From Salpingoeca rosetta (Eukaryota > Protista > Choanoflagellata): 64,000 bases of DNA. Both the position numbers and the translations under genes were made by a program. The notes under the pieces were generated by a model that worked only from the letters and a program-made list of their open reading frames with translations, did no database searches and was not told the origin of the DNA. Shown piece by piece: positions 14,638-28,876 of this stretch (its first letter is position 1; each line of letters starts with the position of its first letter). The stretch spans positions 359,558 through 423,557 of the forward strand of contig JAWQFM010000023.1 of the NCBI GenBank assembly GCA_033442325.1. Reading direction: 5' to 3'.

Positions 14638-15762
14638 CGTGCTCGTTCTCATGTCTTGCACGTACCACAGCAACAAGTGAGATGATGGACTTGGGCGTCC
14701 TGACGCGCAAGCAGAAGATGGCGCTGACTTGCTGCTTCTTGTATGTGCGTGCGTGTGGTTGGTTGGCACGTTACTTTGCTGAGCAAGCAAGCACCAACCT
14801 GGGGTTTGTGGGTTCGTGCGCTATGTGTGTGTGTGTGCTCGAGTGGAGTGGGAAGGAGAAAGGTGGGCAACACGAGGTTCGCGCGCGCAAGAGTTTGTCG
14901 CTGTGATTGATGTGAGGTCGTGTGGTGTGTGCGTTGTTCGCAAGGCAAACCCGTAAGAAGCAAAGGAGAAGTTGTTGCGTTGCGCTCTTCGCGTCCCAGC
15001 AAAACCGAAAAGCACAACCGCAAGCAACAAGCAAAACCGCAAGCAGCCACGACACCAGCAACAACAAAACAAGAACAAGAACAAGACCAAGAAGAACAAG
15101 GGGGGTGATTGTTGTGGGACGGATTGATGGTGGATAACGTTCAATAGTTTTCTGCATCCTTGCAATCCCGGAACAACGGCGCTTTTCCACTTCTTGCACG
15201 CGTTCTCGAGTGAGTGGGGAACTCTCTAAAGCGTGCCAATGAGGCGTGTTTGAGGTTGGGTCAAGTGAATGGAACGTTTCGTTCATTTGCGTTGTGCAAA
15301 GAATGAAGACATCTTTGCAAGTCATCCCCTCAGGCCCAAACTGGGGTCCTCTTCGATGCCCATGACGTCATACACTTTAATTATGCATGGAATCATAAGC
15401 TACAAAGTTAATTATTGTTATTCTCCCAGTCTTGTTTGAGGTTTGGCGATGGCGTGGAGTTTGGTTGTGGAGTTTGGTTGTGGAGTTTGGTTGTGTTGTG
15501 CTGCTGCTGCTGTGCTTGCCTGCATGCGGTTGGCTGGCTGGCTGCTGTTTGTACGCTTGGTTCGTTTCACATCACTTGAGCTGCTTGGATCCACGTCAGT
15601 GCAAGGGATTTTAATTAATCAGTTCTGTTCACTGACTGGCCCATGCATCCTTGACACAGCAGGAAGGACGGTTTTGTTGCTGCTGAAGCGTCGTGTGTGT
15701 TTTGAAGCCAGCGTTCAAGACCCATTCCCAGACACCTTATCCTCCGAATTGAGTCCGCAGTG

Positions 15763-16052
15763 ATGCGTGTGTTTTCGATGGCTGGCACCCTCCTTGCGGT
15801 GTTCTTGGCCCTTGTGTGTCTGCAACAGCAGCACGTGGCCAACGGCGCAGAGTGCCATGGCAAGGTGCGCGAATGAGTGTGTTTGTATGTGAATGAGTGT
15901 GTGTGCGTGCGATGCGATGTGTGTGTGTGTGTGTGTGCGTTGATTTTGTGTGTACGTGTTGTTGTTCTCGATCTGTTCCCTTTTCTTTTCTTTTGTTTAG
16001 CTTTTCTTCCCTTGCACCTGTACTCACATTCACACACACACACACACACACA

Positions 16053-16107
<55 letters not shown>

Positions 16108-16901
16108 CAAACACACACACAGCCGGATCCAAATGCGAAGCCAAACCTCAATCCCATCTACACAGAGGCACCAGTGCTTGTGCGCAGCGTGAAGAACGCC
16201 AAGCTGTACACGGTTGGTGGCGGCAATGACACCATCAGCCTCGTTCACTTGTATGGCACCCCCTACGAGATGGGCTACGCCCACGGCATCCTGATGAAGG
16301 AAAACGCCACCCAGTTCATCAACGACGTCTGGGGCTACCTTGAGGACCAGGTGGAGAGCGCCATCAACGGCACCATCCACAACCTCCAGCCGTGGTTCCT
16401 CAAGCTCGTCGCAGACTTTGGGTGCGTCGCTAGCAGCTCTGTGTGACTGTTTGTGATTGCGTGCAAAGTGTTGTGTGTGTGTGTGTGTGCGTGTGTATGA
16501 TTGTGATTCTGTGTGTGCGTGTGTGACATGTGTGTGATATGTGTGTCTGTTGTGTGTTTGCCTCGCTCCATGTAACACACACACACACAAACACAAACAC
16601 ACACACGCACAAACACACCCGCCCAAACACGTGACGACGCGCAGGCTTGACGTTGCGCTTGACCTGACGACGGATGCGACGCGGCCGTTTACCGGCGAGT
16701 ACTTTTACGAGGAGATGCACGGCATGGCCGACGCCACGGGCCTCTCCTTCAAGAAGATCGAGCGCATCCACATGATTGGCGAACTCACAAAGGGCGCCTG
16801 CTCCATGTGCGTATGCGCACGCGTGCTGATGAATGTTTGGAGCGGGTGGATGGGGTGGATGGGGTGGTTTGTTTTGTTTTCGCTTGCTCATGCCTGCGCT
16901 T

Positions 16902-16982
<81 letters not shown>

Positions 16983-19237
16983 GTGTGTGCGTGTGTGTGT
17001 GTGTGCGTGTGTGTGTGTGTGTGTGCGTGTGTGTGTGTACAACGTTCTCATCGCCCTCCCCGCGTGGCGCGTGCTGCGTGCTGCTCTTTCATCTTGATTG
17101 CTGTTCATCTGGCTGCAGGTACGGTGCCTGGGGCAACGCCACCCGCTCCACCAACAAGACCCTGCAGCTGCGCGCGTAAGTCAACAGATGCGTGTCTGTG
17201 TGTCTGTGTTCGTGCATGTACCTTGTGTGCCCCCTGCCCTTGTTGTCAAGTTTCTACTCCCCACCCCACCCGTTCTCCAACGTCCCTCCCATCCGTCTAT
17301 CCTCACCCCTTCTCCCTCCCCCCCCCCCACCACACACACATCCTGTGCAGGCTTGACTGGGACATTGACGGCCCGTTCCGCAACTTCCCGCAGATCACCG
17401 TCTACCACCCGGTCAACACCACATATGGCCACGCCTTTGCAAACATCGGATGGACAGGCTGGATCGGCTCCATCACAGGTGCGCAGTGGCAAGGAAAGGG
17501 GGGAGGGGAGAGGAGGGGCGGGTGTTCTTGCGATGGTTTTATTTGCTTTGTTGGTTGGTTGGTTGGTTTGTTTGGTTGGTTCGTTCGTTTGGTTGTTTGT
17601 TTGGTTTGTTTGCTTGTTTGGTTGGTTGCGTTGTCTCTGTCTCCGACCACTCAGCAATGCCCGTCATGTGCTTGGAATGCGCCACCGCAACCATGTGTGT
17701 GTGTGTCTTTTTGTGCATTGCGTGCCAGGCATGAACTCGAAGCAGATGGCCATCAGCGAGATTGGCGTTGCCTTCCCCGACTCGACATTTGGCAAGGAGT
17801 CGCGCTTCGGCATCCCCTTTACATACATCCTCCGTGATATCCTCCAGTTTGATTCGGTCAGGGACGGGCATTGGTTGTGTATTGTGGACATTGTGTGTAT
17901 TGTGTATTGTGTATTGCGTGTGTTGTGTATTGTGTATTGTGTACATTGGGGACATTGTGTGTGTGTGTGTGTTTTGCGTGTATTGTGCGTGTGTGTTGTG
18001 TATTTCGTGTATTGTGTAATGCGTATTGTGTGCGGTTTGTCTGTGTGTCTGTGTGTTTGCGCGCGTGCCTGTGTCTCTTTGACTGTGTCTGTCTGTCTGT
18101 CGTGTGACTGCACTGGCACATCGCATCACCTTCACGCCATCTCACTGCGACGATCATGTCCCCTTGATGACCTGCTTTCTCCCCATGACCAACCCCGTCC
18201 CCACCCCACCACCAGTCGCTGACGGCCGCTCTGCACCGCATCACCACCGCCAACCGCACGTGCGACCTCATCCTCGGCGTCGGCGATGGCAACGTGCGTG
18301 TGTGCGTGTGTGCGTGTGTGTTTGTGTGTGTGTGTGTATGTGTGTACCTGTGTGCGTGTGCGTGCGTGTGCGTGTGTATGTGTCTGCGTCTGTACCTGCG
18401 TCTGTACCTGTGTGTGCGTGTGTATTCCTGTGATTTGATCAGTGCATGTGCATGAGCGTGTGCCGGTCAAGCCACCACTGCTTGCGTACGTCATGTCGCC
18501 GCCTCGTCTCACCTGCCACCACCAACACCGCCCAACCAACCGACCGACCAACAGATGAAGGCGTTCCGCGGCATCCAGTACAGTGCTAGCGTGGCCAACT
18601 TCTACACAGACACAGACAACATGCCTGTTGCCGACTGGCACCCGCGCATCCAGGATGTCGTGTACTATGGCATGGACTGGCTGTGCCCGGGGTACTCGCA
18701 GGTGCTCGCTGCGCAGCTGCAGAAGCACCACGGCAATATCACCCCGCAGAACACCATCGAGGAAATCACGGCCATCACACAGACTGGTGCGTCTTGGCCC
18801 GGAAAGGGGGGGGGGGGTGTCTGTATGTCTGTACACGCGCTGAAAGGACTGCTTCTTGCCATTGGCGTTCGAGAAACGTATGGCGTGGCAAGCAACGCAC
18901 TGTGTTGCTCGCAATTCCTCCCAACACACACACACACACACGTACACACACACGTACACACACACACGTACACACACGCGTACACACACGCGTACACACG
19001 TACACACACACGCGCGCACAACTCACGCACAACTCACACACAACACACACACAACACACAACACACATGCCTTGGTGACTGTGTGCAGGCGACCTTCACC
19101 TGGCGGTGTATGACCTGACGGACACGATCCTGTATGTTGCCAACGCCCGCCGCGACGGCGTCGATGGCCCCGTGAAGGCATACGACCGCCCCTTTGTCCG
19201 CATCGACATGAAGCCCGTCTTCGCCCTGTCCCAGTGA
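15763..19237 (+). CDS. Secreted/lysosomal Ntn hydrolase, dcd1/acid-ceramidase-like (peptidase C45-like), 9 exons
   Basis: Signal peptide [20 protein letters not shown]; motifs [28 protein letters not shown] (nucleophile Cys), [46 protein letters not shown]. All junctions are GT-AG and phase-consistent. Confidence 0.85.
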
Positions 19238-19467
19238 TGGTGTTGCGGCCCTGGCCTCAGGGCGCATGCATGAGGGTGGCCTGTTGGGGTTTTCCAGTCC
19301 TCTGTGCAGTGTGTTGTCTGTCTGCCTTGGTATGGGGATGACTGCACGGTTCGTGGCTGATGTTTGTTTGATTTCCACCACCCCACCACTCTCCCTTCGT
19401 TGCTTTCCTTTCTTCTTCTTCTTGCTTTCCTTTCTTGCTTCTGTTACACTCAAGTCACGCGCGTCTG

Positions 19468-19547
<80 letters not shown>

Positions 19548-20489
19548 ATACACATACACATACATGGCACACTCGTCACGTTTCCCCACAACCAAACCAA
19601 CTCCCCCCCCCCCTTTTTCTTTCTTGTTGGTTGACTTCTCCGCCTTCTTTTCGCGCTTGCTGCGTTGCCCCAGCCAGGGCCTGCGCGTTGCATGCTTGTC
19701 CGTGTGCTGCTTGCTCATGGCTTGCATGCGCCTGACTCAAGACAGCGTCAGGGCTCGCATGCCTCACGCCCAACTTGGCTCATGGTTGCGCGGCCGTGCC
19801 TTCCATGGTGGATACGTTGTGCGCATTAGTCCCTTGTTGCCTTGTGCGAATCGTAGATACACGGTCATTTTTCTGCCGCTGCACACGAACACTCGAAAAC
19901 AGTCAGGTTGGTTCGACGGCCACGCCACACCAAACAAACAGCAAAGCAGGCAGGGTCAGCGGGGTGGGAGGGTGTGTTGCTGGTTGGAGGAGTGTGTGTG
20001 TGTGTGTGCGCGCGCGTGCATGCGGTTGATGTGTTTGGTCTGCGTGTAGCTTCTTTGTGTTTTGGTTTGGTTTTGTCGGCTGCGTTGTTGTTGTTGTCGT
20101 CGTGCTGGTGGATGCTCATTTTCTTTCCTTCCTGCCGTGCCATCGTCCTCTCTCGTCTCTCCTAATCAACCAGCCAAGCCAGGTGAGCAGCGCTTCCTCA
20201 TCGTATTGTTGTCGATGTCGTTGATGTTGTTTATTGTTGTCGTCGAAGTGGTTGCTGCTGCTGCTGCCCTTGTTTGTTGTTTGTTTGTCGTGGCCGTTCT
20301 TCCCCGCCCTTCACCGCCCTTCTTCTGCCATCCGCCTTTCTGATCCTGTGCTGTGTTTGGATCCACTCGCACTTACACACGCATACACACGCACATACAC
20401 ACACCTCATCGTCGCTTCGCGTTTTTGCATCGCACATGATATGACTTGATGATTGGCAGCATCCTCCCCCTTTCCTCACGACCAACACG

Positions 20490-20586
20490 ATGAGCTCTGC
20501 CGTCCAGTTCCTCCGCGCCAACAAGGCCGTACGTCTTTTTCTGTGTATGTGTGTATGTGTGTGATGTGATGTGTGTGTGTGATGTG

Positions 20587-20633
<47 letters not shown>

Positions 20634-21307
20634 GCGTACTTTGTTTTCCTCTTCACGTCGTCGTGACTTGCACTCACACCCCTTCCCCCCCCCCCCCCAA
20701 AAAAAAAACACATCTTCAACGCACAACAACAGCTCCTTCCCCTCGCTGCGTGCGTCGCCCTCGGCACCGCCATGGCCTCTGGTCACATTCTCCGCAGGGC
20801 CCTCAGCGATCACACCCTCGCGTGAGTGTATTTGGATGCATCTGCGCCGTCTGACCAGACCTGGCAGCTCCTTGCTTCTTCCTTTCACACGATGCTCACG
20901 TGCATGTCATCCACACACCTCACCCACACGCACAAACACATAACAAACGACAGCTGGACCCGTGAGAAGACCTACCCATGGAACAACATCAAGAGCACAC
21001 AGAACACAAAGGTGTGTTCGTGCGCTCCGTTTGCCTCCCATTGTTTCCCCCTGCGCTCTCAATGGCTCAATCTTGCACGCTGCCATCTCCGCAATGCCTC
21101 CGACTCTCACTGGCCACATCTCTTCTCTTAACTCTCACCTCTCATCCCTCACCAATCACTCTCCTTCCGACTAACACCACAATCCCCTGCCCACCTGCCC
21201 CACCATCCATCCATCCATCCAAACAGCTCCTTGGTCTCCAGGGCGACTACAAGCACGAGGAGGTGTTCAAGCCCCAGAGCGCCGATGATCTCCGTGGCAA
21301 GCTCTAA
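20490..21307 (+). CDS. NDUFA4: NDUFA4/B12D family mitochondrial cytochrome c oxidase subunit (4 small exons)
   Basis: Spliced product MSSAVQFLRANKA|LLPLAACVALGTAMASGHILRRALSDHTLA|WTREKTYPWNNIKSTQNTK|LLGLQGDYKHEEVFKPQSADDLRGKL*. Matches the B12D pattern LxPL-TM-LxRxAL...WxR...PWN....QxK. Confidence 0.8.
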
Positions 21308-21995
21308 GCAGGCTGCTGGTCGTCTTGCTTGTCCTTGTTGTTTCTCGTTTTGATTGCCCCCTCCCCTCCCCTACCTTCCATGTGTGCGTGTGCGTGTTTT
21401 GCGCCTCCCATTGAACAACGCTTTTACGCGCGTTGTGATGTGAGCGCGCGAGCATGTACCGTTTCCTTTCTTCCCCTCTTCTCTCTTCTCTTCTTCTCTC
21501 CTCTGCTGGCGAGACTGTTGTTGTCAGCGCTCAAGCAAGCGAGGCGTGTCTCCGTTGTCTATGTCTTTTCCCTCCATAGAGGAACGAGACAAGCACGGCA
21601 CTCCCTCAACTTGCTGCAGTGCTGCTGTCTTGTGTGTGTGCATTGTCCGTTTGTGTGGATGTGCGCGCTTCGTGTCACGTTCCCCACACACACCTCATCA
21701 AATCACGTCACATCCGTTGAATCTGCGTTTGGGGGCACGAGGCGGAAGCACTCTGCTCGGGTGCGATCACGACTGTCACGCACACACGCGTGTCTGTGTC
21801 TGTGTCTGTGTGGTTGAGTGCTGAGTGCTTGTTCAATTTGATGCTAGACTCTAACTTACACACAGAAAGACACCTTGCATGCGATGACAGAGAGAAATGC
21901 AGCAGCGTAACAACGGTTGCGACTGACATGATGTGGCAATACGACAAAGAGGGGGATAATGTAAAACTAGTGCAGACAAGACAAGACAACACAGC

Positions 21996-22066
<71 letters not shown>

Positions 22067-22092
22067 CACACACACACACACACACAAAGCGG

Positions 22093-24378
<2,286 letters not shown>

Positions 24379-24746
24379 GGTGGGGAGGGGGGGGGTCTTG
24401 TCGAAAGGACTTGCGGTACTGACAGCTGCAGGAAATGAAGCACCACAGTGAGTGATGACGGCCCACTGAACAACAACGGATCGTGCACACGTGGACGCGC
24501 GCGCAGAAGCACAGCAGTTGTCGCGCTGGCTCAAGGGTGTCAGTGGAGGATGACGGAAGGATGATGAGGGAAGGAACACGAGAAGGAAGGAGTTTGGCAG
24601 GACTTGTTTGTTGTTGTTGTTGTGGAGAAGAAGACGCGCACACGTGGACGAAAAGTTGACAGCGGAGACTGCGCACTTTTCACCCCCTTCCTGACACACC
24701 CCACCGATCAACGCCGAGTGAACAAGAGAGCAAGCGAACAAGCACC

Positions 24747-25979
24747 ATGCCACCACACCGGGTGTTCATCTCGCTGCGCTTCAGCGAGGCCATGGAGGAG
24801 AGCGAAGCCCTGAAGAAGGCGTTGGACAAGCGGGGCGTGCCCACGTTCCTGTGCGCCGTTGCTTCTGGCAACAGCATCGCGGACGCCGTGATCGAGGCCA
24901 TCGACGAGTGCGACCTGGTGGTGATCATGGGCACACATACGTACGGCGAGAAGACGGACAGCAAGTTCAGCTCGCGCGAGGAGCTCGAGTTCATCATCAA
25001 CGACGAGAAGCCGTTCTTCCTGGTGAAGATGTGTGACCGCTTCAAGCACGCCAAGACGCGCTTCTGGCTTCCGCCAACCATCGCCTACCACCCATGGCAG
25101 CCGCAAGGCGCCGAGCGTTCCGACCCGCCAGGTGAGCTCGTGGACGCCATCATCGCCAAACTCAAGAACGTGAGTGGTGTTGGTGCGCCGGCGACGCAGC
25201 AACAACCACAGCAGCAGCAAGCGACAGGCACAGTTCGTGCAACTTCGCTTGCCACTTCTTCCCCTTCTTCCGCTTCCTCGTCACAAGTGCATGGCGTGCG
25301 GGCAGTCAGTGGCGGTGGTGCTGAGGAGGACGCCGTGCGCAAGCTGCAGGCCAGTGGTCGCAGCATGCACGCCGCTGAGGTTGTGCAGCTGATGCATGCG
25401 TTTCCCGCCTCTGCAGACGTGCAATGGCGTGCCTGTCAGGCACTGGAAGACCAATCGAGAGGCAATCCCTCTGCGCGTGTGCAGGCTGCGGCAGCGGGCG
25501 CCATCGACGCAGTCATGAGGACGTTGACGACGCACAGCCAGAACGCCGATGTGCAAGAGCGTGCGTGCGCGGCCCTGGCTAACCTGGCGATCAACAACGA
25601 CAACAAGGTGGCGATTGCCGCAAAGGGCGGGATTGAGATTGTGGTTGCGGCAATGAACAGATTCAGCAGCAACGGCGGTGTGCAACACCAAGGGTGCGTG
25701 GCGCTGGCGGAGCTGGCATGCAACGATGCCAACAAGATGGCGATAGTCTCCAAAGGTGGGGTGGACGCTGTGATTGCCGCGATGCAGAACCACGGCAAGA
25801 AGGCTGTCGTGCAAAACAACGGCTGTGTTGCGCTGGGCATTCTTGCGAGGCACGCGAGCGTGTGCCAGCAACTCCGTTCCAAGCGCGTCGCGGTGGTCGC
25901 CGAACAGGCAAAGCGAAACCTGCCAGCCAACGCCGCTGTTCAAGACCAGGCCAACCGCCTGCTGAGGCAACTCGCCTAA
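24747..25979 (+). CDS. Intronless protein with N-terminal TIR (TIR_2-like) domain, S/Q linker and C-terminal armadillo repeats
   Basis: RVFIS...LKKALDKRGVPTF...IADAVIEAIDECDLVVIMGTHTYG...FSSREELEF (TIR beta-A to alpha-C with Glu). About 5 ARM units follow, e.g. DVQERACAALANLAINNDNKVAIAAKGGIEIVVAAM. Confidence 0.85.
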   Translation: MPPHRVFISLRFSEAMEESEALKKALDKRGVPTFLCAVASGNSIADAVIEAIDECDLVVIMGTHTYGEKTDSKFSSREELEFIINDEKPFFLVKMCDRFKHAKTRFWLPPTIAYHPWQPQGAERSDPPGELVDAIIAKLKNVSGVGAPATQQQPQQQQATGTVRATSLATSSPSSASSSQVHGVRAVSGGGAEEDAVRKLQASGRSMHAAEVVQLMHAFPASADVQWRACQALEDQSRGNPSARVQAAAAGAIDAVMRTLTTHSQNADVQERACAALANLAINNDNKVAIAAKGGIEIVVAAMNRFSSNGGVQHQGCVALAELACNDANKMAIVSKGGVDAVIAAMQNHGKKAVVQNNGCVALGILARHASVCQQLRSKRVAVVAEQAKRNLPANAAVQDQANRLLRQLA

Positions 25980-26718
25980 CCCCTCTTCCACATTCCACGT
26001 CTTCCTCTGGATCGACGACTCCTGCCTGCTGTTCTGCTTGCCGTCTTGTTGCACCTTCCAACTTGTTTCCTTTCGCGTGTTGATTCGATTTCACTTGGTG
26101 TCGGAACCTGATGCTCTTGGGTTATCGTGGACACACACACACACACGCATGCACGCACTCACTCACTCACTCACGCATGCACGCACGCACTCACTCAAAC
26201 GCACACAAACACACTCACTCACTCACTCACTCACTCGCTCACTCACGCACTCACACACACACACACTCACTCACGCACTCACTCACACATCTTGGTTGCT
26301 ACTCTGATGCTTAAGTTTTGAGACAACCACAACCCTGTGTCACGCACGAGACCGCCAGCACAGCCGTGCTGAGAGCGCTTGCTTCACCTCCCTTGCCATT
26401 CTCTCCTGTCTTGCTGGTGCTGTCTGCCTTCTTCTACTCGGTATTTATTCATGGTGCGGTCTCTTGTGGGCATATGGATGTGCCAAACATCGAGGGTAAC
26501 GAGAACAACAAGCATGAGCACCAACGATCAGCCCACAACCAACAAAGCTTCGAGGAAGGGGGGGGGGCAACAGAGGGTGCAGAAGCGCAAAGAGAGAACA
26601 CGTAGGGCGGCGACAAGAGGACTCCAAGCACAAGCCAGACAGCTGCTATGATGACAACAGCTGAGCTCTGCGGCATCTCTCACAAGGCGTGGTATAGAAG
26701 ATAGAAGATGCACGCGCT

Positions 26719-27993
26719 TCAGCAGCCTGGATCAACGATGAGGACGGAGCTGGCGCCGTAAGGAATGCCGTAGATGAGACCATTGTTGGCAAGCACGCCA
26801 GCGCCCCACTTCAACGTGTCTGGGGACACAGCGAGCGTGGTTGTGTCCGCGGTGTTCGTCGTGGGATCAATGAGGAGGACGGAATCAGCCGTGAGTGGAA
26901 TGCCGACAATGAGGCCGTTGCTCGCAAGCACAGCGCCGCGCCACTTCTGTTGAGTCGATGACACGGCAATGATGCTTGCATCAGCTGTGTTGGTGGCTGG
27001 ATCGATGATTAGGACGGAACCCGCGTCTTGCGGCATGCAGTAGATGCGACCGTTGTTTGCCAGGACGGCGCCTGCCCACTTGCGTGAGCCAGAGAGGCCT
27101 GTAATGCTTGTTGTATCGGCTGTGTTGGTGGCTGGATCGATGATGAGCACGCTCTCGACAGAGAAAGGTGTTGCGTAGATGAGGCCGTTATCGGCAAGCA
27201 CGCCGCCAAACCACTTGTTGCTTCCAACAAATCCATTTATGCTGGTGAGGTCAGCTGTGTTCGTTGCTGGATCGATGATCAGCACAGAAGCGGAGTTCCA
27301 CGGGATGCCGTAGATGAGTCCATTGTTCGCAGCAACACCACCCAGCCATTTGGCACTGCCAGTTGACAGCCCCGCAATGGTCGTGGTGTCCGTTGTGTTT
27401 GTCGTCGGGTCGATGATGAGGACCGATGCTGCTGTGTATGGCATGCCGTAGATGAGGCCGTTGTCGGCAAGAATGCCCGCACCCCATTTATAGCCTCCGC
27501 TGAGAAGCCCTCCCAGAGTTGTGTTGTCAACTGTATTGGTGCGTGGATCGATGATGAGGACGGATGGGGCATTAACTGGAATGGCATAGATGAGACCGTT
27601 GTTTGCCAGCACGCCGCCAAGCCACTTGTCCACGTCAGTACTGAGCTCGGGGATTGTGGTAGTGTCCGCCGCGGGCTCCCTCGGCGCGAGTCGGCACAGC
27701 CGCCCTTGTAAATGGCGTAGCTGCTGCTCCTGCTCTGCGTTCTCACGATCCAAGTCGCGCAACGTGTTGTGCTGCTCCTGCACCAGCTCAAACATCTCCG
27801 CCACGTCCACCCCATTCACAAACACGGGGCGCTGCTGCTCAAGCCCATGCTGGGTGGTGTTGATGTGGAACGCACCGTGCTCATCTTCTTCCAGCACCAC
27901 ATCCGCGCCAACCAACGCGGTGCGCCGCTGGAGGAGCAGCAAGACCAGGACAACAAGGGCAAACAACCACGAATGCATCATCATCGTGGTCAT
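26719..27993 (-). CDS. Intronless secreted protein: signal peptide, coiled coil and 7 x ~45-aa repeats (predicted 7-bladed beta-propeller), paralog A
   Basis: Hydrophobic N-terminus WLFALVVLVLLLL; seven copies of KW.GGVLA.NGLIY.IP....SVLIIDP.TNTADTT; ends PGC*. Confidence 0.85.
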   Translation of the reverse strand: MTTMMMHSWLFALVVLVLLLLQRRTALVGADVVLEEDEHGAFHINTTQHGLEQQRPVFVNGVDVAEMFELVQEQHNTLRDLDRENAEQEQQLRHLQGRLCRLAPREPAADTTTIPELSTDVDKWLGGVLANNGLIYAIPVNAPSVLIIDPRTNTVDNTTLGGLLSGGYKWGAGILADNGLIYGMPYTAASVLIIDPTTNTTDTTTIAGLSTGSAKWLGGVAANNGLIYGIPWNSASVLIIDPATNTADLTSINGFVGSNKWFGGVLADNGLIYATPFSVESVLIIDPATNTADTTSITGLSGSRKWAGAVLANNGRIYCMPQDAGSVLIIDPATNTADASIIAVSSTQQKWRGAVLASNGLIVGIPLTADSVLLIDPTTNTADTTTLAVSPDTLKWGAGVLANNGLIYGIPYGASSVLIVDPGC

Positions 27994-28603
27994 CGTGGTG
28001 TTGTGCGCTGTTTGAGGAAAATTTGCGGAAATCTTACATGATTCCTGGTGTCAGTGAAGAGCGAACAGTGACACAGCATACATGATGTGCGCGAGCGAAC
28101 GCACACGAGCACAAACGTCTTGGTGTGTAGGTGTGGAACTGTAACTCAAACTGTTCTTTGTTCTTTGCTGTCTGCCACAGATGTGAGAACGCGGGACTTG
28201 CCCGTGAAGAACAAACAACACACCCCCCCCGCAGAGGAGAGAACTTCAATCAAGCAAGAAGCTAAGAAGGGAGAAAAGAGACAACACCACAACAGCGGTT
28301 AAGGGTGCTGCAGTGTGTTATTGAGGGAACAGGGCAAAACGTGGTCATGTAACGGACCAGAAGGCTACTCAGCTAAGAGGAGACAGAGCACAGACAAACG
28401 CACAGTAAGCTCACAGTCTGAGCATCCACGTGTATGCACTCACAACTCACACACGCACACACGCACACACACGAACACACACACGCGCATAGACGTGTGT
28501 GCAAGTTCAATACGCACGCTCGTACACGCACAATGCACACACGCACGCACGCACGCACGTACGCACACGCACACGCACACGCACACAATTCAAACAATTC
28601 ACA

Positions 28604-28643
<40 letters not shown>

Positions 28644-28756
28644 CACGCACACGCACACGCACACAATTCAAACAATTCACTCGCACGCACGCACGCACAC
28701 GCGCACACACACGCACACAAACCACACAATTCACTCGCACGCACGCACGCAAGCAA

Positions 28757-28840
<84 letters not shown>

Positions 28841-28876
28841 CACACAACAAACCACAAGAGCACAGAAGTATGCTCT

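Noticed and set aside
15362-15371. Palindromic ATGACGTCAT (CRE-like site) in the divergent intergenic region
   Set aside because: Single short motif with no TSS or functional support
28022-28032. 11-mer TTTGCGGAAAT also present inverted at 37849-37859, both near gene starts
   Set aside because: One shared 11-mer among promoter regions is expected by chance
28530-28760. Recurring ACAATTCAAACAATTCAC unit between (GCAC)n spacers, superficially CRISPR-like
   Set aside because: Only 2-3 degenerate copies with simple-repeat spacers in a eukaryotic 3' region; a slippage duplication with no cas genes
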